A stretch of DNA of 64,000 bases from a virus (Duplodnaviria; Caudoviricetes). The stretch is from IMG/VR virus record IMGVR_UViG_3300028591_000081, positions 128,001 to 192,000 of that record, one strand, 5' to 3'. Position 1 is the first letter of the stretch; every line of letters starts with the position of its first letter. Position numbers and translations under genes: made by a program. Below the pieces are notes generated by a model that was not told where the DNA came from, did not search any database, and was given only the letters and a program-made list of their open reading frames with translations. Shown piece by piece: positions 1 through 7,387 of this stretch.

Positions 1-246
1 CGTATAGCTCAGCAAAGGATTATGAAGACGCGTGGATTCCTTGACCCCATAGAGAAGCGATCCATGACTCAGGCCCGTAAGTTGTTCCGTTCCATGGCAA
101 ACAAACACCCCTGTGCAGTTATCGTTGATGCTTCAAAGCCCTTAGAGATTGTGCATGAAGAACTTCGCAGGAAGATGGCCAGAGTCATCAGAGTTCGTCA
201 AATGGACTCGGAGCTTAATGTTCTTGAGGATTCGATGTTTCCGTGA
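1..246 (+). CDS. tmk: Thymidylate kinase-like protein, C-terminal fragment (runs off window start)
   Basis: Frame open from base 1; RIAQQRIMKTRGFLDPIE...IVDASKPLEIVHEEL resembles the lid and C-terminal IDAxxxxEEV segment of dTMP kinases. Confidence 0.55.
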   Translation, partial: RIAQQRIMKTRGFLDPIEKRSMTQARKLFRSMANKHPCAVIVDASKPLEIVHEELRRKMARVIRVRQMDSELNVLEDSMFP

Positions 247-260
247 GTCCGTGCGTTTTA

Positions 261-300
261 TGGTGCTGATGTCCATTCTTTAGTTTCGTTCATGCTATAT
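261..300 (+). promoter_or_regulatory. Phage promoter motif TGGTGCTGA-N23-TGCTATAT
   Basis: One of nine intergenic copies with fixed spacing to an extended -10-like element. Confidence 0.7.
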
Positions 301-304
301 AGAA

Positions 305-590
305 GTTGCCCGGCAGAGCATGTCGGGATTATGAGGTGGAGACGGATTTGATCAAGCGCATATTATGATTCATAGTATGATGCAAGATCATTTCTGTCGA
401 TGAAACCTTACCCTGTGAAACAGGCTGGAGGATTCAAAAGTCATCAAATTTCTATTCTGGTGACGAAGAATTTGGCCAGCCTTGTGGGAATGCTTGGTAT
501 CTTTCCCACATATACGGGGATGCTACCCAGAAAATGCGACCACTCTGGGCCGTCTATCCGTGGTCTACCCACATATTATGTGGATGCTAC
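305..590 (+). ncRNA. Structured leader RNA (candidate tracr/guide scaffold) upstream of TnpB/Cas12-like nuclease
   Basis: Consecutive stems: CCCGGCA/TGTCGGG 309-327, long stem 341-398, CCTGT-GAA-ACAGG 412-424, GGCTGG/CCAGCC 423-481, TGTGGGAA/TTCCCACA 483-510, CCACATA/TATGTGG 569-583. Confidence 0.55.
497..590 (+). CRISPR. Putative minimal CRISPR-like array (2 degenerate ~30-nt repeats, 1 spacer of ~35 nt)
   Basis: TCTTTCCCACATATACGGGGATGCTAC (ends 526) and TCTACCCACATATTATGTGGATGCTAC (ends 590), period 64 nt, palindromic core; only two imperfect copies. Confidence 0.4.
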
Positions 591-607
591 GTAAAAGGGA
601 AAATAAG

Positions 608-2275
608 ATGTACGGTAAAAAGGAAAGTAAAGAGGGTATCGGTAAAGCTGGACTGGTAATCAGGCTGTACCCCAATCGAAAGCAGGAAGCCTTGCTGAAC
701 CGTGTTTGTTTGGACAGACTTCATCAGTACAAAGCACTGGCCTTGTGGTGGAATGTTTCCAACCAAGTTCGTCGTGCAAAGTGTGCTGAGTTCTTTTCAA
801 AGGAAGAGAACGAGGAAAAACGGAAAGCCTATAAGAGAACTTTACCAAATCCACCATTACCTTATCCTATCCCGTTTCCTACAAATGCTAAAAGTCGAAG
901 CGACACACACCCAGTTAGTCCCATAGCCTTCAATAGCCCTCATCTTCATGTTATTCGTGACCTCATGCCGTCTTGGATGCATTTTGCATTTGTTCCTGAC
1001 AAAGACGGAGGGGAGTTGTTTGATGTGAAAAAGTACATTCAGCATGTATTCGGAGATTCTGTATCCTCCTGCGAGGTTCTGGGGTATTGTAAGGAAGACT
1101 TCGCTAGGTCTATCAATTCGACCTTTTCAGAGATCAATTATAACCGATGTGTGAAAAATAAGAAGCCGTGGCCTCCTGTCAAGATACATACTCCCAAACT
1201 CAAGGATGCCAACACTTTCAGTCTTCGGTTGACTGGCAGAACCAGCCAAAAGTTTCAGGTAAAAAGGTCTTCAAGCGGGCGCGTTCACAAGGTTTGGGTA
1301 CCTTTTCTGTCGGGTGATCTGAGAAAGAAGTTCAGCAAAGACCCGAAATACGGTAAAGACTTTGAATGGGTAGACTGTGCCCTTTCTGAGAAACAGTTGG
1401 AAAAGTGTTCAAATGCGACGAAGATGACAGTAAAAAAGAATGGAGCAGGGCAGTGGACAGCCTCCGTTCTTTTTGAAAAGCCTCTTGAAGAACATGTAGA
1501 AACCGGTCTGGAATGTGGGATTGATTTGGGTCTCAAGACCACCGCAGTCTTGTCAGAAAATATGGTCGGTGAGACCTCAACAGAGTACGATAAGTACCGT
1601 CAAGAACAACTCCCAGTTGACGAGATAATGAAACTTGAAAAGAAGATTGACTACCTCAGGAAAGTTCAGTCCAGACGTATCAAGACTTGGCTACGACTTC
1701 ACAAAGATGACGAAGCCAATGGCCTGAAGCTGAACACCGATAAAAACGATAAGGCCCACAACGCTGTCGCCGTGTATTGCAAGAAATACAAGTCCAATGC
1801 TTACAAAGCCACAGAACAGCGCATTGCCAAGCTGAGTAATGATATCGCAAACATCCGTACTGACTTTGCCGAGAAATTTTCACGAAAGGTGGCAGATCGT
1901 TACGACGTGGTTGGTCTGGAAGACCTGAACGTAAATGGGATGGTGAAGAACAAAAAGATGTCCAGAAACTTGGAGCGCATTGGGTTTTACAAACTTCGGG
2001 TGGCGATTGAGCGGAAGGTGAAGACTCAGTTGCTGGATACCTTTGCCCCTTCCTCGCAGACCTGTTCTCGATGTGGATTTAAGAATAAAGCTGTCAAGGA
2101 TTGTTCGGTTAGGGAGTGGACGTGCCCACAATGCGGCCATCACCACGACAGAGATGAGAACGCCGCGTCAAATATCAGACCCTCAAGTCAGGGTTTGTGT
2201 ATGCAGTATGTTCCGAAGAAAGCCGATAAGGAAGTCTCTAAGAAACGTACCCGCAAGACGAATAAATCCGTGTGA
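608..2275 (+). CDS. TnpB/Cas12f-like RNA-guided RuvC nuclease, 555 aa
   Basis: N-terminal IRLYPNRKQE; RuvC-I GIDLGLKT, RuvC-II VGLEDLNV, zinc ribbon SSQTCSRCG...WTCPQCG, RuvC-III HDRDENAASNI; ATG 608 follows AAAGGGA. Confidence 0.85.
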   Translation: MYGKKESKEGIGKAGLVIRLYPNRKQEALLNRVCLDRLHQYKALALWWNVSNQVRRAKCAEFFSKEENEEKRKAYKRTLPNPPLPYPIPFPTNAKSRSDTHPVSPIAFNSPHLHVIRDLMPSWMHFAFVPDKDGGELFDVKKYIQHVFGDSVSSCEVLGYCKEDFARSINSTFSEINYNRCVKNKKPWPPVKIHTPKLKDANTFSLRLTGRTSQKFQVKRSSSGRVHKVWVPFLSGDLRKKFSKDPKYGKDFEWVDCALSEKQLEKCSNATKMTVKKNGAGQWTASVLFEKPLEEHVETGLECGIDLGLKTTAVLSENMVGETSTEYDKYRQEQLPVDEIMKLEKKIDYLRKVQSRRIKTWLRLHKDDEANGLKLNTDKNDKAHNAVAVYCKKYKSNAYKATEQRIAKLSNDIANIRTDFAEKFSRKVADRYDVVGLEDLNVNGMVKNKKMSRNLERIGFYKLRVAIERKVKTQLLDTFAPSSQTCSRCGFKNKAVKDCSVREWTCPQCGHHHDRDENAASNIRPSSQGLCMQYVPKKADKEVSKKRTRKTNKSV

Positions 2276-2284
2276 ACAGGATAC

Positions 2285-2315
2285 AAAAAAGGGACACACC
2301 CAATCGTGTGTCCCT
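2285..2315 (-). terminator. Intrinsic terminator
   Basis: GGGACACAC/GTGTGTCCC stem with T6 on minus strand, between convergent genes. Confidence 0.7.
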
Positions 2316-2383
2316 CAGAAGAGTGCAAGCGGGGCGATTCTCGCACCCTCCTGCCTCTCTTTTAGATAGAATCGTTAAGATTC

Positions 2384-3070
2384 TTAACCTTCATAAGGTT
2401 CTTTGCGTTCTTCAACGGACGTAGGGGCCGCCGCAGGGGCTTCCTCGGTACCGGCCTTGCTGACCTGAGATGCCGCCGGGAACGCACAGTTGTGCTGGAG
2501 AACATCTGCCGGAGAGATCGTGGCACCGGAAACCGGAGCAAAGGCAAGAATTTCTTTGAAGTCGCAACGATTCTTCGCATCACCAACGATGGTGAGAACA
2601 GCACTGCAATCATAGCCCGATTTGGACTGGCTTGTCCAAGTACCACCGTTGTCGGCGGATTCTTTCATGTCGGCCCAACCGAGAACCGTGCCGTCCTGTT
2701 TGTCGAAGACTTTGTAGACAGGCATCCCGGTTTCAGCATCAGTGCTGGCGGCAATGTCTTCATTGGCCATGACGACGATACGAAGCTGGCCGTTCATCTT
2801 GGCGATATCCTTCGGAACATGGATGCGGATATTCATCTGGAGGCTTTTACCTACGATGTTGTATCCACCAAAGTTCGCAGAAGCCTGACCAGCAGGGGTT
2901 CCGTCGCCAATGCTGGCGATAGCTTTCACAGCATCGGGGTCTGCAAGTTCTTTGAGGGCCGCCGCCGTGTTGATGATGACACGACCGATCTTGAGGTCTT
3001 CAAAGCGATCTTTGTGTTCTTCGAGCAGTTGCTTGCCTTTCGGCGTAAGATTCAGTGATTCAAAAAGCAT
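2384..3070 (-). CDS. Hypothetical protein, 228 aa
   Basis: ORF with AAGGAG RBS before ATG 3070. Confidence 0.75.
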   Translation of the reverse strand: MLFESLNLTPKGKQLLEEHKDRFEDLKIGRVIINTAAALKELADPDAVKAIASIGDGTPAGQASANFGGYNIVGKSLQMNIRIHVPKDIAKMNGQLRIVVMANEDIAASTDAETGMPVYKVFDKQDGTVLGWADMKESADNGGTWTSQSKSGYDCSAVLTIVGDAKNRCDFKEILAFAPVSGATISPADVLQHNCAFPAASQVSKAGTEEAPAAAPTSVEERKEPYEG

Positions 3071-3172
3071 AACAGTTCTCCTTTTCGCGAATCGGAATTG
3101 GGAATATCCGCTAACACTTGCGGGCACATCCACAAGTGTTAGATAGGTAATAGATGTGGTCTTAGTCAGTGA

Positions 3173-5824
3173 CTAATTGTAGGTTTTGAGATAGTATTCA
3201 GGAAGTGCCGTGCGTTCCCTTTTTATAACATCCTCAACATTTCCGGGTGGGTACTTGTCAAAACGGTTTGTCTTTCGTATCAAGAAGATTTCCACCTGAC
3301 ACCAAGCCCTGAGGTCGGTCAGATCCTTACAAAGGATCATTGCCTCCGACTGGGAGACTTCGTTCAATTCTTCCTGAGTGTCCTGTATTTCGTTCAACTT
3401 CTGTATTTGGTAGAGTTTACATTCCAAGGGATTGACTCCCTTACCATCTTGCGAATTACTATCTGGCGAAGTTCTGTTACAGAACATTTTTGGAGTGAAA
3501 ACCCCATTCCCTTTCCACGAAACTGAAACCCCGTCCGAACTCAACTGACGCTGATCAAAATAGTATCCAGACATCATGTAAACGTTTGGCTGGTGCATCG
3601 TGTAAACGACATTCAGTGACTGGCCAGTCACTGAATGTACGTTAATAAAAGAGTCAGGAAATGTAATCTTTAACATTGCTACCCACACATCATCTGTCCC
3701 TACCCGTGGCAAGTTTAGGAACTGGAGATCAATGTCTAGTTTATCGCCGACAGAAAACCCGTAATAAGAGCTTCTGTCATTGGAACTACTCCACCTGACA
3801 TAAGGTACATACTCGTGTTGAGAAACACACCTAAACGTAAAGTAGTGCATCTGTGTTACATTTCCCTCTATTACGACATCTCCGATCCCGAATACCCCGC
3901 AAAATATCGGGATATTTTTCGCATAGACCCCAAGGAATGGGTTGTGGATTTCGCCAAGACTCACACAATTTCGACTCCCGTTGAACTCTTCTGGATTCAG
4001 AAGTGGGGCCAAGCTCAAGTTGTCTGGGTTTCCAAGAGACTTCTTTAACACGACCCCTGCATCTTTTGTTGTGTTATGGAAACGGTACGGGTATAGCATC
4101 CTCAGCAGGGCGTGCCGGTAGTTGTCTCGGTAGTTGTCTTGGGTGATGTTTGTCATGGCAGTCCATGTCAAAGTCCGTCTGACTTTCGCAAACTCCACGG
4201 TTTCATCCGGGAGATTGTGCGGATGACCCATTCTTTCCAGAATATCCGCAATACCGTAAATCCAATTCGCTGTGGAATACGAGGACTCGCATGACATCCT
4301 GATGGCGTCTTCATTGAACCCAAACTTCTGAGCGAAGTGGGATAGTAGCTCATCCATGGTTGGATTCATAAGGTTGTGATCGTTCATGTAAGGGTCTATG
4401 AGGGTTGTTTTGAAAACCTCGATAGAATTTTCGTGAAAGCCGTCTAAAGGCGTGTTCCAATCTTCCCAGTCTCCAAGGAGTTTCCTCTTGACCAATGCAA
4501 AAACGGTTTTCCAGTCTTGTCGGCACATGACACGGAACATCGGAAAGTTTGGGTCGATGTTGTTTTTCGTGACTTCATCGGTTGCAGAAGAACCGGTGAA
4601 GTAGCCATCAACGAGTTCTCGGTATTTCACTGGCTCATACCAGAAGGAACCCGAGTTCACATTCTCGCCATCGTCGATCATCTGAAAATACTGAGATCTT
4701 GGACTGATAATGCAGTACAAAATGGCCATCCACACCAACTGTTCCAAAACCATCATCATTGCGGGATTTCCGGAACACGGGTCTGTACCGTTCGTACATC
4801 GGAGTTCATGGGTTGTGGTAAGGGACTGCCACAGAGTGTTCCACCGACCATAAACAGGCGATTTGCGTATGGTGTCTAAAACGCTTTCCGTACCTTCGGT
4901 GGTTATTGAAGAGGCAGTGTGTAATAAGGTGACACCTATCACTTCCAAGGATCTGTTAATCGCGTCTTCAGATGGATTGGCGTTATAAATATGTCTTGTA
5001 GCTCCAGTGATGAGCGTTACAGAACTTCCCCAAGATTCCAGCCCTTGAAATAAGTCGCCGTAATCTCCTATCTCGGAACACGACTCGTAAATATCTTCAT
5101 AGTCATCACCACCATCTGAAGACCTTACCAAATCCGAGAGGTAACTCGTTTCGTCTTTGGCTTCTTGGCACAATAGTGCAATCAGGCGAATCACATGAAT
5201 AGGTGCTTTGTCTAGGGTAAGTCCGGTCTTCACGTTCTTACCCTCTCCTCTCAGTGTAAGACGCACCTGACTACTATCGTCCACCTGAATGGCAGAAGTC
5301 TTTGTGGCGAGTGAGGCGTCCGTTACCCATTTCTCCGTGGTACGTGTAGATGAAAAAAGCAATCCGGCTTCTGCGTTGTTCAGGGATGCAGTTTCTCCCA
5401 ACCCACTGAATGCTTTGGTTGAAACAAATGCTCCAGAATAAGACTCCCGGCCAGCGACATGCTCTGGATCCGAGAACACCAAACGGTTGCGAGTAAACAG
5501 ACTCATCGACGGCCATACTCCGGCGTCCGAACTTACCTGATGGTCGCGTTTGTGTGGAATAGAAGTTGGGTAGAAACCCGTGTAAACAGGGTCTCGGTCT
5601 ACAAGCTGGATGTCGTCAGAGAATCTCTTAGACCCATACACAAGCTGGTTTTCCCCTTGGTTTTCGGCGTCCTTCTTGTGTGTCGTCACACGGCGGTCCA
5701 GTTCATTTTCCACCTTACCAGTGTCTATTCCTTGATTTCCATCACCACGGGTATGCGGTACAAGGACAGAGTTGGGTTTGTAGTACAAGCGTTTCGCAAA
5801 GAATCGTTTTGACTTCTTCATCAT
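3173..5824 (-). CDS. Hypothetical protein, 883 aa (possibly virion-associated)
   Basis: Long ORF downstream of tail fibre-like gene; no recognisable motif. Confidence 0.75.
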   Translation of the reverse strand: MMKKSKRFFAKRLYYKPNSVLVPHTRGDGNQGIDTGKVENELDRRVTTHKKDAENQGENQLVYGSKRFSDDIQLVDRDPVYTGFYPTSIPHKRDHQVSSDAGVWPSMSLFTRNRLVFSDPEHVAGRESYSGAFVSTKAFSGLGETASLNNAEAGLLFSSTRTTEKWVTDASLATKTSAIQVDDSSQVRLTLRGEGKNVKTGLTLDKAPIHVIRLIALLCQEAKDETSYLSDLVRSSDGGDDYEDIYESCSEIGDYGDLFQGLESWGSSVTLITGATRHIYNANPSEDAINRSLEVIGVTLLHTASSITTEGTESVLDTIRKSPVYGRWNTLWQSLTTTHELRCTNGTDPCSGNPAMMMVLEQLVWMAILYCIISPRSQYFQMIDDGENVNSGSFWYEPVKYRELVDGYFTGSSATDEVTKNNIDPNFPMFRVMCRQDWKTVFALVKRKLLGDWEDWNTPLDGFHENSIEVFKTTLIDPYMNDHNLMNPTMDELLSHFAQKFGFNEDAIRMSCESSYSTANWIYGIADILERMGHPHNLPDETVEFAKVRRTLTWTAMTNITQDNYRDNYRHALLRMLYPYRFHNTTKDAGVVLKKSLGNPDNLSLAPLLNPEEFNGSRNCVSLGEIHNPFLGVYAKNIPIFCGVFGIGDVVIEGNVTQMHYFTFRCVSQHEYVPYVRWSSSNDRSSYYGFSVGDKLDIDLQFLNLPRVGTDDVWVAMLKITFPDSFINVHSVTGQSLNVVYTMHQPNVYMMSGYYFDQRQLSSDGVSVSWKGNGVFTPKMFCNRTSPDSNSQDGKGVNPLECKLYQIQKLNEIQDTQEELNEVSQSEAMILCKDLTDLRAWCQVEIFLIRKTNRFDKYPPGNVEDVIKRERTALPEYYLKTYN

Positions 5825-5958
5825 TTACCCCAGTCATGGTCTGACGCTCTTCGCTGTTCAGACGGGTTTCAAACAAGGTCTTTCCCAGTCAAAGCTCTTC
5901 GCATAAATACCAACTGAGAAAGACCTTACGTAGTTTCGTATGAAAGGGATCTCCACCC

Positions 5959-7260
5959 CTAACCTTCTAGCTGAGCGAGTCGTTCTTCAATAGATCTCAG
6001 ACGATCTTCCAGTTCAATGGCATTGCTCACACTGACTTCCAGTTGATGGGTATTCTGTGTTCCCTCAAGCCAGTTGCCTAATGGGATAAGGGCCGCACAA
6101 GCACACTGTGTACCTTCTGCAAAGCACGGCAAGGCATCAGGAGTACTCATCTGTGATCCAGCAAGCAAGTCCTGCTTGTTATCGTACCAACGAAATACCG
6201 CATCTTCAGCATGTTTGTTTACTGCTGTGGTTATTCCGTTCGAGTACGTGTCGATAACCGTAACTCTGAAGGTTTGTTCCATGAAAGACTCGGACAAGGT
6301 CTCTATGGAGCTGGCACCTGCCACGCCGATACACACCACAGCAAACAGATTGTACCCTTTTGTAAGGAAATGCGTACCAGACAAGGACAAGTCGCCAGCC
6401 TTCTCTATGGTAGGAATCACATGAACAACGTTTTCCAAGGATGCATCTCCGGTTTCCAGTAAGTAGAGAGCGTGCCGCAATGACCCTGTGTTTGACCCTT
6501 GGATGGCACTGAGAATGTTCTGAAGAGAACGTATCTGCCCTTTGTACTGGATAAGAACACTGGACGAATTGAGTTCGATGGAGTCTGTGTTCAGAGTGAT
6601 GTTGGTTGAATCCTCATTCTCTTCGTCCTTAGGGGAGGTTATCTGTGTACGATGGTTGACACTGTCGAACTTCACCATCGGAGGGTTTTCCCCCTCTGCT
6701 TGAATGGCTGGAAGGATCACCGTGGATTTGAAAGTCTTGGTTCCGTTGATTTCCTGATCGCCTGTTGTCCGGACAATTCCTGAATTCGGATTCTGCGCCT
6801 GTTGCTGAAACAGGCTGTTGATGTAGGCGATGATTTCCCCACGACTCATGGTATCGCCACCAGAGGGCTGGATCACACCATCCTGTACCTGCGAGAACGT
6901 CAAGGTGAACGTTACACTGGCACTGGTACCGGACAACCCGATAGGCGAGCTTGAGGAATACACACAGATGGGGATCTCTTCGGCATCGGTTTGAGACGCC
7001 AGTCTGCCACAGAGGATCGCGGTCTTTGCCTGATTGTCAGGATTCTCAAACTCCGCGATGATGATGTACCCAACATCCACTTCAGTGGTATTCACGGTGG
7101 TCGTAGAGACGGTGCCAGAAGCCTGAGTCATGTTGAAGATGGCTTCCTCAGTAAGGACTTCCCGAGACAGGTATGCTTTGGTAAATACGATAACGCCCAC
7201 ACCGGTTGCTTCACTGATGAGTTGCAACCCCTTATTTGTCATTGCTCTTACTTCGGCCAT
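5959..7260 (-). CDS. Tail fibre-like protein
   Basis: N-terminal MTNKGLQLI...IVFTKAY (fibre baseplate-attachment-like), VRTTGDQEINGTKTF fibre motif, C-terminal coiled coil. Confidence 0.6.
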   Translation of the reverse strand: MAEVRAMTNKGLQLISEATGVGVIVFTKAYLSREVLTEEAIFNMTQASGTVSTTTVNTTEVDVGYIIIAEFENPDNQAKTAILCGRLASQTDAEEIPICVYSSSSPIGLSGTSASVTFTLTFSQVQDGVIQPSGGDTMSRGEIIAYINSLFQQQAQNPNSGIVRTTGDQEINGTKTFKSTVILPAIQAEGENPPMVKFDSVNHRTQITSPKDEENEDSTNITLNTDSIELNSSSVLIQYKGQIRSLQNILSAIQGSNTGSLRHALYLLETGDASLENVVHVIPTIEKAGDLSLSGTHFLTKGYNLFAVVCIGVAGASSIETLSESFMEQTFRVTVIDTYSNGITTAVNKHAEDAVFRWYDNKQDLLAGSQMSTPDALPCFAEGTQCACAALIPLGNWLEGTQNTHQLEVSVSNAIELEDRLRSIEERLAQLEG

Positions 7261-7335
7261 AATCACTTCTCCCACAAACATGACGAATCAATGCAGAATA
7301 GCTCTAATGTTCGATATTCTGTTGCCTCATAAAAC

Positions 7336-7366
7336 AAAAAGGCCAGTCGAGTTTGACTGGCCTTTT
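7336..7366. terminator. Intrinsic terminator (A/T-flanked hairpin)
   Basis: AAAAGGCCAGTC/GACTGGCCTTTT. Confidence 0.75.
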
Positions 7367-7387
7367 GTCGTACCGATAGTACTCAGA

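Noticed and set aside
482-607. N-terminal extension of the nuclease from the 482 start in the ORF track
   Set aside because: Non-ATG start without RBS inside the structured RNA; ATG 608 has an RBS and sits just before the family N-terminal motif.
305-2275. IStron (group I intron plus tnpB)
   Set aside because: I could not find group I P/Q/R/S core sequences, and no interrupted host gene flanks the region.
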